Positions 12,484-23,351 of a DNA stretch of 64,000 nucleotides are shown here, piece by piece (the stretch's first letter is position 1; each line of letters starts with the position of its first letter). The notes beneath the pieces are model-generated. The model did not search any database. It had not been told where the DNA came from and saw only the letters and a program-made list of their open reading frames with translations. Source of the stretch: Eledone cirrhosa (lineage: Eukaryota); the NCBI GenBank assembly GCA_964016885.1, contig OZ024749.1, positions 11,160,001 through 11,224,000 of the forward strand, written 5' to 3'. The position numbers were made by a program, and so were the translations under genes.

Positions 12484-15400
12484 GGAGAGAGAGAGAGAGA
12501 GATGCATATTTGTGTGTTTATATGTGTGTGTGGGAGTGTGTATATATATATGTACATGTGTGTATTTATGTATATGTATGGGTGTGTATATATATATATA
12601 TGTACATGTGTGTATATATATGTATGTATGGGTATATACGTGTATGTGTGGGTGTGTATATATATATATATGTACATGTGTGTATTTATGTATGTGTGGG
12701 TGTGTATATATGCAAAGTTTGGGTGCATAAAAGATGTAGTGGGATCACAGGTAAGCTAATTAAGAACATAGATTTTACATGTGGTCGGTGCTCTGGGGCA
12801 ATAAGTAGCAGCAAGTGCCCACAAAATACTAGCTCTTTCAACTGCGCAGAGGGTTTTATAGAAATAGTGGACAGCTTCCGTTACCTGGGTGACAAAATCA
12901 GCAGTGGGGGAGGGTGCTCTGAAAGTACAGTAGCTAGAGTCAGAACTGGATGGAAAAAGTTCAGAGAGCTTATACCACTATTAGCCGCTAAAGGGTTCTC
13001 CCTAAAAATGAAAGGCAGGTTGTACGATGCCTGCATACGAACAGCAATGTTGCATGGCAGTGAGACCTGGGCATTGTGTGCAGAGGATATACGCAGACTA
13101 GAGAGGAACGAAGCTTGCATGCTCCGCTGGATGTGTAATAGTAATATACGTGAACAACAAAGCATAAACGAACTAAGGAAAAAATTAGAAATAAGAGGGA
13201 TCAGATGTTGTTTACTCGAGAGAAGGCTACGTTGGTATGGTCACGTGATGCGCATGAAGGACGATAGCTGTATAACAAAGTGCAGGGCAATAAAGATAGA
13301 CGGTAGCCACGGAATAGGCAGACCCAGAAAAACCTGGGACGAGCTGATAAATTCCGACCTCACACACTTACACCTCACCAAGACAATGTTACTGGACCGA
13401 GACCTTTGGCGGTACTCAGTAATAGAGAAGACCCGCCTTACCTAAATACAAAGTAAAACCTACTACAGTCAGTAGGCATCTCTAACAAAATACACCCCCG
13501 TCCCACCACCCCCACCCCATCCACACCGCCCCCTTCTATGTAAAGTTATGTTGGTGCCACAACATCCAGGCCGAAACAAATGAGATCGTGTAGGTGTCAC
13601 GACAAAAAAACACACAGTCCATGCTGTAATGTGGCCGTGTAGGCAACACGGTAAAAACCTCCCAGACCCACACTGTAAATGTGGTTGGTGTTAGGAAGGG
13701 CATCCAACCGTAGAAAACCTGCCAGACAGTCCTATGCGAGCAAGACAACCACTCTTGCCTCAAGTGGGAAAACCCCCGTCCAAACCCATGCTAGCGTGGA
13801 ACACGGACGTTAAACGTTGATGATGATGTACATGTGTGTATGTATATATATATGTATGTATAGGTGTATGTGTGGGTGTATGTATATATGTGTATGTGTA
13901 ATCCACTCCTTTTCCTCCTCTTCTTCCTACTTAATTTCTCCTCCTCCTCCTCCTCATTACATATGTCATGAATTACACACACACACACCTGGTCTTTGAT
14001 TGATTTACTCTCTCTCTCTATCTCTCTATCTACCTACCTCTCTATCTCTCTATCTACCTACCTCTATCTCTCTCTATCTACCTACCTCTATCTCTCTATC
14101 TACCTACCTCTATCTCTCTCTACCTACCTACCTCTATCTCTCTATCTACCTACCTCTCTATCTCTCTATCTATCTACCTCTATCTCTCTATATCTATCTA
14201 CCTCTATCTATCTCTACCTACCTACCTCTATCTCTCTCTCTCTATCTACCTACCTCTATCTCTCTCTCTCTATCTACCTACCTCTATCTCTCTCTATCTA
14301 CCTACCTTTCTATCTCTCTCTCTATCTACCTACCTCTATCTCTCTATCTCTCTATCTACCTACCTCTATCTATCTACCTACCTATCTGTCTATTCTTTAC
14401 TTCACATCATAGGAGTCTGCTACGTGAGTTTAGCTCCAGGACCAAACTCTCAGTACCGGCGTTGTGCAACCGAACGTGTAGAAGCAGTGACTGGTCTAGA
14501 TATTCTCTACGACGATTTCCAAAACAAAAGTATGGAGACAATGGAAGCCAGTGATCGGAGAAAGTCTTGTGGTCAGAAATACCTGTGTCCAGATGGTGAA
14601 CCTGGATGTCAAACAAGGTAAAAATTGTAAACCTGGGTTTCTCAAGGTGTGTGTGTGGGGGGGGGGGGGGGGGGGGGGAAGATATTTTGGTGCAGTGGGT
14701 GACTGTCTATGCTGTTATATTTTCTCATATGCATCTTTCCAGTGGGTCGGTCTTCCAATCTGTTGTGCAACTTAAAGTGTTATCATGCAATCCCTTTTTT
14801 ATGCATGAAATTGCATTCCAGGAGGTGGATAAAGAGGCCTGTTGATGCCACTCTTGCTTTGTCTTATATTTCCATTTTGCTGTGTACAAATTTGCTAATA
14901 CATATATATACATATATATATATACACACACACACAACATTATTCAATTAAGGAAAGTTGGTTGATCAGATAATCCATCGACTTTTTTTGTAAACAGATG
15001 TAAAGCACTCTACGATTTGTATTCTTAGAATGTTATAGATAATGTATCAACTGGAGTTTCAATATTAGAAAGAGAAAGAGAGAGACGGTTTTATGTGTAC
15101 ATCTTCTGTTTAATTATATTTCTGTTATACGTATTTCGAAGACGTCAGAGTGGTTGCATAATAACCTTCAGACATTTGAAATTTGTGGTGTTTTTGTTTT
15201 TTGATATGGGTTAGGGTTGAGTTTACATTGCTGTCCAGTAGTTATATGGTTGGGATTGCTATTCTAGTAGGTATCTAGGGAGCAGGAGGCTGTATTGTTG
15301 TTGGCATTCTAGAATTATCTAATAAACAGATGTACATATAAAACCATCTCTCTTTTTCATATTATATATCGACTGTCAAACCAGACCAAGGAAACAATAT

Positions 15401-18400
15401 TTCAGTTGGTCTTTCGAATTGCTAATACTCTCTATCGGTTGCAATTCCAGGCAGAAGGAGCATCATCATCATCATCATCATCGTTTAACGTCCATCTTCC
15501 ACGCCATTAAACGATGATGATGATGATGTTGCTCCTTCTCAATAAAATGTCTTGCTCAAGGACAAAATGCAATGCCCGGTCCAGGAATCGAACTCACAAC
15601 TTCACGATTGTGAATCCAATACTCTTACCACTCAGCCATGCGCCTTCACATATATATTTGTTGGAAAATGGGAGAGGCCCTATTGCAAAACTTAACTGTA
15701 ATAACAGTCAGTCACAATAGATAATAGAGTAAGAAAATAGTATGGTAAGAGGTGACTAAAAAATTTGGCATCAGACCAGCCAGTTCAGCCCATGCCAGTA
15801 TAGAAAAGTGGACATAAAAACAATGATGACGATTAGGATAATGACAATAATATATATATTCTGAAATGGACATACTAATTTGCATATAATTAGTGTTCAT
15901 GTTGGTAGTTAATTAAGATATATATTAAAACCTGTGCCCAGTTATATTTATAGAAGATATATTGGTAGGAAACTCTCAGGAGAGCTGGACAGCAGAAGAT
16001 CTTCAGATAAGAAACTCTCAGGAGAGCTGGACTACAGGAGGTCTTCATATAAGAAACTCTCAGGAGAGCTGGACTACAGAAGGTCTTCATATAAGAAACT
16101 CTCAGGAGAGCTGGACTACAGGAGGTCTTCATATAAGAAACTCTCAGGAGAGCTGGACTACAAAAGGTCTTCATATAAGAAACTCTCAGGAGAGCTGGAC
16201 TACAGAAGGTCTTCATATAAGAAACTCTCAGGAGAGCTGGACTACAGGAGGTCTTCATATAAGAAACTCTCAGGAGAGCTGGACTACAGGAGGTCTTCAG
16301 AGAAAAAAACTTAGGAGAGCTGGACTACAGAAAAGGTCTTCAGAAAAGAAACTCTCAGGGGAGGTGGACTACAGGAGGTCTTCAGAGAAGAAACTCTCAG
16401 GAGAGGTGGACAGCAGAAGTGTCTTCAGAGAAGGAACCCCATTATGCAAATGTTTCAGCCCTTAACTTACTGTCTAAGAAAGCTGGACCACATGCAGGTC
16501 ATGACTCCTGGGTTCTGCTGACAACTTTAACCACTCAGATATATGGAACTTCTTTTTGTTGCTTCTGCTTTCCAGCTTATATTTAAACGCTTTCTTGAGT
16601 TATGTTGATTTTATATGAATGAAACAGTTCTAGTCCTGTTGAAGTTCTATATATTGCAAACTTGACTGTCACCACAGAATATGAACCTGAAGATTGCGAA
16701 AGCATGAAAGCACTTGTTCAATTAACACTTAACATTTAATATTCTACCATACTATTTCATTCTAATACCATTATAATTTTAAAGGATTGTAAATAAAACG
16801 AGTAAATCAGACAAAGTTGGAATTCCTTTTATTAATATATATATATATATATACATACACACATATATATATATCATCATGATCATTTAACATGTGTTTT
16901 CCCTTACTACAACTAGCTAGAAGCCTTCAGATATTCTAAATTCAAACTAAACTGTACATATTGACTGTATTAATTTGCAGATGTTACCTCTTTGATTCCA
17001 ATGCATATTTGGTAATGGACCCCGACTTCATTCTGGCCAGTAACCTAGATGAAAGTGAATATGAGCGCGTCACTCTAGGAAAGAAAGAAGGGGAGGTAAT
17101 GAAAGATCTAATTTATAAACATAGTTTCTTTAAAAGGAAAGAATACATTGATTTCCAAGGATCATGTCGAATTTCACCAGAAGCACCAAAGGTAAATTTT
17201 GTCTTTATGATTTTCTCTCTTTTCTTTTCTCTTGTTCTCTTTTTCTCTCCTTTTCTTTCTTTTTACTCACCCCCCTCCCCAAATTTACTTCATTGTTGTG
17301 GTTTATGGTTTATTTGTTGCAACCTGTGGTCATTTTGGTTAAATACCCATCCTTTCTGTGTCAGATGTAGACGTGTGTGTATATATGTATGTATATATAT
17401 ATATATATATATATATGTAAAAGGTAAACAGAAATAACAACACAATCGGTACAGTATATGGAAGGAATATATTAGGTTAACGCTTGATATAGCAGGAAGA
17501 AGGGTCTTAACGTTTTGGACGCTCGTCCTTCATCAGAAGAAAGAATGAGAAATAAGATAGATTGAGGGGACGGGCAGGGTGGAATTGGAAAAAATGTCTT
17601 TAGATAAAAATAACAGGTCCATTCATGTTGACATCTCTTGCAAAACTGTTGATGCTGGTGTTTTGTGGATGATTTATTTTTTAGAAATGTGGATAATGGA
17701 GTGTGTCTATTTGAAATGGAAAAAAAAATGTTTTGCATAAAGAACTATATTTGTGCACGTGTGTGTGTGTGTTATTAAACATCCATACGAAACTAAGAAG
17801 AAATGTGTGTGTGTGCTTGTAAGTACGAAGCTATGAGTGAAGATATGTTAATATAAGGGTGTGTATGTGAGTATACAGACCTGTGAAGGGAAAAGTGGAG
17901 TGTGCATATTTTGTCGGTCTGTATTAGTGGTAAGAGAATATGTTTATGATCATGAGAGAGCTATAGGAATCTAGGGGTGAATGTACACGCGTGTGTGTGA
18001 TAATGGATGGGGTATTAAAGAAATTGGGGTGGTGAGTTGAGTCCATGAGGGGAACAGGACCCAAGGCGGTAAATCAGACTCTGTTCAGTCCTGGTGCACG
18101 AGGTCTGTGGTCCATGATGTAAAAGGACACCCAGGACTGAGACATGTAGGGAAGAGTGACCAGGAGAACGGCAATGATGGGCGACAGCAGTATCCAAACC
18201 GAGTCGTATGTCCCTCAAATGTTCAGCGAAACGGTCCGCCATACGGCATCCCATTTGTCTGATGTATAAGGACCCACAAAGAGAACACCAGGGGGCATAG
18301 ACAATCTGGGTGGATATGCAGGTGAAGGAGTGGCGGATACGGAATATCCCGTTAGGGCCTGTGAGAGTGGTGAGGGTGGAAAGGAAGAGACAAGTGCTGC

Positions 18401-21400
18401 AGTGGGGACGAGAACAAGGATGAGAGCCAGGTGGAGTCGTAGAAGAGGACGAGAAGGAACTGCGTACCAGGAGGTTGTGGAGGTTCCGGGCGTGCTTAAA
18501 TGCGGTAATGGGTGGGTTAGGAAAAGTGTGAGAAGTGACGGAGTCAGAAGAGAGGGTGCGGAAGGAACGGAGGATATGTCGCTGAAGTGGTAGGGTAATG
18601 GGATGGTAGGAGAGAGGGAAAGGAAAGCTGGTGTTGGGAGGGCGCTGATATGAAAAATTATTGTTTTTTTTATAAAAACGAGAAAGAGGTAAGTGGAGAA
18701 GTTAAAACAGCTCAAAATACAGTAATTTATTATAATTGTTTCTACTTTTGGCACAAGGCCAGCAATTACTCAGTACATTACTGGTACTTTATTTTATCGA
18801 CCTCGTAAGGATGAAAGGCAAAGTTAACCTCGGCGGGATTTGAACTCAGATCGTAAAGGGACGTAACTCTATGCGACAAAGCATGGCGTCCGACCCTCTA
18901 CTGATACTGCCAATCCTTATTATAATAAATATTTACCAACCACATGTCCGAACATCCCCATTCCGAAAATGTAAACATTTTCAATATTGTCAGGATAACG
19001 TTAAGACTAAACACACAAGTTAAAATTTATTAGTAATAAATATACCGTGTATAATTCTATCCAATCTTGCTAATTTCTCCTATATCTGAAATTGAAGAGC
19101 ACATTAATCTAATCAATGGGTTATTTGTGAAATCTTTTTTATGGTCTTTAAGGTTAAATCTAGAGGTTTTAGATATATATGGTTCAGTGTATTATTATGT
19201 TTTTTGTATTGTTTGATGATTCTGAGGTATTCAGTACAGAGGAATAAAATGATACTTCCTTCTGTATTTGAGAGAAACATTCGTAAATCTATTAAATAAT
19301 GCAATTTAATCCTGGTTATTTGTACTTATTATGTATATATGTGTGTGTGTGTGTGCGTATATATATATATGTGTGTATGTTTACATATATGTGTATCATC
19401 ATCATCATCATCACCGTTTTACGTCTGTTCTTCCACGCTAGCATGGGTTAGATGGGTTGTCCTTGTTGTGGGCAGTGTCCGGTCGGCTGACCTTGTCTTG
19501 CTCATATGGGAACTGATTCTGGCTTGATTTCTGCAGCTGGATGCCCTTCCTAACACCAACCTCATTTACAGTGAGTGCTGGGTGCTATTTTTCCGTGGTG
19601 CCTACACGTCCACTTTACAGTGTGCGCTGGGTGCTTTTTTTGCTGTGACACCTCCACGACCACTTTGCAGTGGAATGATAGGGACCCCAGTCCTATCATC
19701 TCATTTCTACAGCTGAGTAAACTGGAGCAATGTGAAATAAAGTGTCTTGCTCAAGGAAACAACACATAAACCGGTCCGAGAATTGAACTCACAACCTTTC
19801 GATTGCAAGCCCAATGCTCTAACCACTAAGCCATGCGCCTACATATATGTATGTATGTTGTCTCTGTTTCTTTTGCTAGCATGGGCTGGACAAGTCATAA
19901 CAAGTCATGTCATTACTTAATTGGAGTTACTGGCATCACTTAGATACGTTCCTGGACTCTACAAAGTGCACCAGGTTCATTTTATCATGGTACCAGCACT
20001 ACAGAGACTATCATGTTGGGAGGACTACACTGCTGAGTAGTCCTCCCAACATTTTCTTTGGTAGCTTTTCTATGTCAATCATTTTAACCAAATGCACATA
20101 CATACAAACTTCTATATTTGTTTTTGTTTTGTTTACTTTAGGTAACTCTTGAAGGAATCCCCAAAAAGCCCGAAGAATTAGATGATTACTACAAAACTCG
20201 AGGGCCAATTCCTCAATTCCACAGTGAATTTGGTTGTATTCAAGATGTTGTAGGTTTTAAAGCCATCGACAATGCCCTTGGTAAGTAATAACTATGATTT
20301 TATACAGGTTCTAGTTCTTCACATATCCACAGATGTAAAACCTTGGACACATCACCAATATATATATAACATTATGGTACTTCCAAATACTGTACATGAA
20401 AAAACTTCAAATATGTTGTCAAAAAAAAACAATAGGACCGTCCTTATTTTGCTTAATAGTCAATACAGAGTTGTTTGTTGATGTGGGTTAGTATAAGAAT
20501 ACTGCTTTCTTAATATGTGTAGTGATTGTCTCTTGGTGGTTTTGAAGGAAACCATTAGCCCCAATTTCATTACCATATTTCTAATGAAAGACACTACCTA
20601 TGTCATTAACCCTTTCATTACCACATTTCTAATGAAAGACACTGTCTATGTCTTTAACCCTTTCATTACCATATTTCTAATGAAAGACACTACCTATGTC
20701 ATTAACCCTTTCATTACCACATTTCTAATGAAAGACACTACCTATGTCATTAACCCTTTCATTTCCACATTTCTAATGAAAGACACTACCTATGTCATTA
20801 ACCCTTTCATTACCATATTTCTAATGAAAGACACTGCCTATGTCATCTTTCGTTACCACATTTCTAATGAAAGACACTGCCTATAAGTGTTAAATAATTT
20901 TGAGACTATTCAAGAATTTCGAAGGCTTTAATAATATAACTAACTTCCTCATTATTAATCTGGTGTTTGAAACATAATTTAAGAAAGATGTTTACATGAA
21001 AATATGATGGAAGATTTTAAACAAACACTTTAAAACAAAGTTTTGTATCATAGGACAAGGTGGCTGTCAGAAAGGATAAAATTGACTGGGATCTTTTTAT
21101 CTAAAATCTTAACAAAGCATATGAAAATCTTACAACTGAGATGTTGATGAGGCCACTCGTCTAATATGTTCCCCACATCTTCTCTCCAACAGGTTCCAGT
21201 GGTATGATAACTGGTAACGTATCAGGACCATGCATGTCTGGCTTTTACTATGTCAAAGCATTACCAAAAACCAACCTTTATTTATTGGTAATAGAGAACT
21301 GGAAACATTATAGAGAAACATTGTTTTATAATTTTAACTGCCGAATTGCACAAAGGTAAGTTTTCTTGTTTCAATTTCACAGTAATTCATCATCATCATC

Positions 21401-23351
21401 ATCATCATCATCATTTTAATGTCCATTTTTCCATGCTTGCATAGGTTGGGCGGGTCCTTTTCAGAACAACATCTCTCCACTCATCATAATCCTTCATCAT
21501 GTCCTGTGAGTTTCAGCGATTTGATATCAGCTCTCACCACCTGCGCCCAGGTCTTCCTTGACCTTCCTCTACTGCAGCTTCCTTCCACTGGGATTTCTTG
21601 GCACTTCTTCACCCAGTAATCATTATCCATGCACATCACATATCCATCTCCATGAATAAGTTACAGGTAAGTTACAGATAAAACACTGTAATTTGACAGC
21701 TGTAGCCTGATAAGTTACAGGTAAAACACTGTAATTTGACAGCTGTAGCCTGATGATGTCCTTCACCACTATGTAATTTGACAGCTTAAGCCTGATGATG
21801 TACTTCACCACTATGTAATTTGACAGCTTAAGCCTGATGATGTACTTCACCACTATGTAATTTGACAGCTGTAGCCTGATGATGTCCTTCACCACTATGT
21901 AATTTGACAGCTGTAGCCTGATGATATCCTTCACCACTATGTAATTTGACAGCTTAAGCCTGATGATGTACTTCACCACTATGTAATTTGACAGCTGTAG
22001 CCTGATGATGTACTTTACCACTATGTAATTTGACAGCTGTAGCCTGATGATGTCCTTCACCACTATGTAATTTGACAGCTGTAGCCTGATGATGTACTTC
22101 ACCACTATGTAATTTGACAGCTGTAGCCTGATGATGTCCTTCACCACTATGTAATTTGACAGCTGTAGCCTGATGATGTACTTCACCACTATGTAATTTG
22201 ACAGCTGTAGCCTGATGATGTCCTTCACCACTATGTAATTTGACAGCTGTAGCCTGATGATGTACTTCACCACTATATCAGTAATTGGTGCATGGTTGCA
22301 ATAGAGTTTAGAAGTATTTTTAGTTTTCCTTGTACTGTTTGGGTGAGTGTAGTCAAATATAGATTTATTGATTATGTTTGCTGGAGTTCGTGCATAGCTA
22401 TGATTTGTTCTGGTTGTATTTATATATGTACATATATATACAGGCCTGACCCTATTATGAGCTTTTCACAGGCCAGTATATATGTAAGGGTTTGTTGTGT
22501 GGTGAGTGCCCAGCTTCGAAACTGGGGTGCCACTGTGAGAAGGGTTTGGTGCAGCCAACTGGCCTCTTCCTCCTCATAGCGGTGTCATCCAGTACCGGGC
22601 CCCAAAACTATGGTTTTGTTGTAAGACAGTTTCACTGCAGCCAACTGGCCTATCCCTCCTAACAGAGCCATCCAGTTCCACATTGTAAACGTGGTTGGTG
22701 TTAGGAAGGGCTTCCAGCTGTAAAATACCCGGCCAAATTTACAGTTCTTGCCGGGGCAAGGTGCAACATGGCCAACTCTGGCCAGACTTGCCTCCTGGTA
22801 TGGTCAACCCATCAAACTCATGCAAGCGTGGAAAAATGGATGTTAAACGGTGATGATGATGATGATAAACTTAAATTATATAAACTTAAATTACAAATGT
22901 ATTACTATAGTTTCTGTTTCATTCACATTTCTTAACAGTAAGCTAGCAAGCTAATTATGGCCTACCCTATGTTAACCCACCCAAAACTGCTGCTGCTGGT
23001 TCTATGAACCACTCATTTTAAATTTAAATATTTCTACGTAACTCTATACAAGAAACTTGTATTTCATTAAAAAATACAATAATGAAAAAGTTTTTTAAAA
23101 AAAAAACACCTAAAACTATTATTTTGTATCTTTTTATTTCTAGCATCGTCAACTCTGGTGCTTACCGAATTATTAATGGAACCTGTGCACATGAAGACAC
23201 GTCCAGCAGCACATTAGCTGAAGATGGCAAATGCCCTCCTCTAAAGAATATAAAAATGCCATGTGCATACATAGCAGGCATGAGCTTCAAACCTAGTTGG
23301 TGGACAATTATAATAGGTCTTGCAATGGCAATGTGCCTTTTTCTACACTGA
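1163..23351 (+). CDS. 3' part (10 exons) of a CACHD1 / calcium-channel alpha2delta-family dCache protein gene; the 5' exons lie upstream of the window
   Basis: Exons 1163-1312, 3030-3098, 4443-4780, 7570-7725, 8668-8876, 14413-14617, 16981-17191, 20142-20280, 21193-21355 and 23144-23351. All introns are GT..AG with phases 0,0,2,2,1,2,0,1,2, giving one open frame to TGA 23349-23351. Family motifs: GVFRTYPG, YNPVKRPWY, TPYMDAAG, AVTGLDI, CYLFDSNAYLV, LPKTNLYLLVI. Confidence 0.88.
1715..1922. repeat. Spacerless palindrome, 104-bp arms, next to (TA)n
   Basis: Centre gacgt|acgtc at 1818/1819; only 3 mismatched positions. Confidence 0.95.
2041..2566. repeat. Diverged inverted repeat (approx. 2041-2160 vs 2440-2566)
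   Basis: taattag..acaacagtg..tacttaagttttg..ctatggaggtttt mirrored by aaaacctccat..caaaacttaagtatggcactgttgtagttaatta. Confidence 0.6.
2750..2890. repeat. Interstitial telomere-like (CCCTAA)n array
   Basis: Perfect and degenerate CCCTAA/CTCTAA/CCTTAA units. Confidence 0.85.
3030..3098 (+). CDS. dCache gene exon (TYYYGALNESEYSFAYILADTDM)
   Basis: (CT)n tract + TACAG acceptor, GTAAGT donor; Cache-like beta-strand pattern. Confidence 0.85.
3661..3790 (+). repeat. 31-bp minisatellite, ~4 copies
   Basis: ttttagatagaagactaaaatttaaagtaga repeated. Confidence 0.85.
3895..4363 (-). mobile_element. Two copies of a second tRNA-derived SINE family (3895-4110, 4128-4313) plus an inverted tail fragment (4314-4363)
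   Basis: Minus strand: tggcagtatcgg A box, gagttcaaatc B box, central gcctttcatcctt..ggggtcgataaaataaagtacc domain; further copies near 7300-7420, 18730-18915, 37760-37945 (+) and 58275-58485. Confidence 0.8.
4443..4780 (+). CDS. dCache gene exon (IFRRSQEP...FEKGVR)
   Basis: AACAG acceptor, GTAAGA donor, open frame, phase 0 to 2. Confidence 0.85.
5160..5790 (-). pseudogene. Decayed RTE/BovB-like LINE 3' fragment inserted inside a TTAA-type MITE (4925-5910)
   Basis: Minus strand resembles the RTE C-terminal YKDQLK...AQDR..W pattern; the flanks match the MITE at 20.6-21.1 kb. Confidence 0.45.
6040..6610 (+). pseudogene. Decayed non-LTR retrotransposon restriction-like endonuclease fragment (CRE-like)
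   Basis: DGKWLGGMTISP..LFIWGVTCCDT (cf. DGKRPDG..WDVTC), KLSKYQSL..EPVAVETSG; frameshifted. Confidence 0.7.
6952..7171. mobile_element. piggyBac-like MITE
   Basis: TTAA|CCCTTTA ... TAAAGGG|TTAA termini with TTAA target duplication. Confidence 0.75.
7570..7725 (+). CDS. dCache gene exon (ADVLITEPIEEIW...GVFRTYPGHRSTRKYNPVK)
   Basis: TTTTAG acceptor, GTATGT donor; alpha2delta/CACHD1 GxxRxYPG motif. Confidence 0.9.
7745..8628 (+). repeat. (CAT/CAC)n trinucleotide array filling almost a whole 942-bp intron
   Basis: Directly visible; lies between donor 7726 and acceptor 8667. Confidence 0.95.
8668..8876 (+). CDS. dCache gene exon (RPWYKR...TPYMDAAG...DEDCLS)
   Basis: TTCCAG acceptor, GTAAGG donor; RxWY and PYxD dCache motifs. 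Confidence 0.92.
9981..10236. repeat. Inverted repeat, 86-bp arms (9981-10066 / 10151-10236), Penelope pLTR-like
   Basis: Arms are reverse complements by eye; contains a hammerhead motif. Confidence 0.9.
10128..10198 (+). ncRNA. Type I minimal hammerhead ribozyme, core intact
   Basis: Stem I tgttttat/ataaaata; CTGATGA 10136-42; long stem II; GAAA-T-GCGC-A-TA; predicted cleavage after 10190. Confidence 0.8.
10309..10366 (-). ncRNA. Minimal hammerhead ribozyme motif (partly decayed)
   Basis: Minus: acac CTGAAGA tgtcaccgggtt..aacctggccact GAAA T GTGC A TA gtgt; related to 45157-45214. Confidence 0.6.
10606..11810 (+). mobile_element. 5'-truncated RTE LINE (RT C-terminus with PHD-type finger), (GAT)n tail
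   Basis: CSVC..CPKC..HKRC..CGRC, FHYLGD, LHGSETW, RRLRWYGHV; frameshift near 11347; starts in (TA)n. Confidence 0.92.
12300..12436 (-). pseudogene. RTE RT fragment
   Basis: DWCSNIIVSCYKGKGDELDRGKYRGTKL, the RT domain-0 motif. Confidence 0.75.
12711..13829 (+). mobile_element. Second, near-identical 5'-truncated RTE LINE
   Basis: Same protein as the 10606 copy with an intact C-terminus (GRPRKTWDE...*); same 3' tail. Confidence 0.92.
14008..14392 (+). repeat. (CTAT/CTAC/CT)n compound microsatellite
   Basis: Directly visible. Confidence 0.9.
14413..14617 (+). CDS. dCache gene exon (VCYVSL...AVTGLDI...GCQT)
   Basis: CATAG acceptor, GTAAAA donor; phase 1 to 2 fits both neighbours. Confidence 0.85.
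15966..16420 (+). repeat. 42-bp minisatellite, ~11 copies
   Basis: aagaaactctcaggagagctggactacaggaggtcttcatat with period 42. Confidence 0.95.
16981..17191 (+). CDS. dCache gene exon (CYLFDSNAYLVMDP...EAPK)
   Basis: TTGCAG acceptor, GTAAAT donor; CYLxDxxxYLV motif. Confidence 0.9.
17440..18650 (-). mobile_element. Penelope-like element 3' part: zinc-finger linker + GIY-YIG endonuclease, with a decayed hammerhead at 17505-17540
   Basis: Minus: PCSRPHCSTC..FTCISTQIVYAPWCSLCGSLYIRQMGCRMADRFAEH..VAHH..EQSLIYRLGSCSPHGLN; tctt CTGATGA aggac gagc gtcc AAAAC GTT aaga. Confidence 0.88.
19395..19840 (-). mobile_element. Full-length copy of the RTE-tailed tRNA SINE
   Basis: Reverse complement of the 625-968 family. 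Confidence 0.85.
20142..20280 (+). CDS. dCache gene exon (VTLEGIPK...DNAL)
   Basis: T-rich tract + TTTAG, GTAAGT donor, open frame. Confidence 0.82.
20565..21080 (+). repeat. 48-bp minisatellite (~6.5 copies) formed from the terminus of a TTAA/CCCTTT MITE, followed by the MITE body
   Basis: Unit contains ttaaccctttcattaccatatttct; the downstream body matches 4925-5100 and 5810-5910. Confidence 0.8.
21193..21355 (+). CDS. dCache gene exon (SSGMITG...LPKTNLYLLVIE...)
   Basis: CAACAG acceptor, GTAAGT donor; PxTNL motif typical of the alpha2delta C-terminal Cache. Confidence 0.88.
21685..22276 (+). repeat. 42-bp minisatellite, ~13 copies
   Basis: tgtaatttgacagctgtagcctgatgatgtacttcaccacta with period 42. 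Confidence 0.95.
23144..23351 (+). CDS. dCache gene terminal coding exon with hydrophobic C-terminus
   Basis: TTCTAG acceptor; ends CAYIAGMSFKPSWWTIIIGLAMAMCLFLH*; followed by an AT-rich 3' region with several AATAAA. Confidence 0.85.

Noticed and set aside
15890-22276. 42/48/42-bp arrays as CRISPR arrays or repeat proteins
   Set aside because: Head-to-tail units without unique spacers, intronic, eukaryotic context, no cas genes; the multiples of 3 are probably chance.
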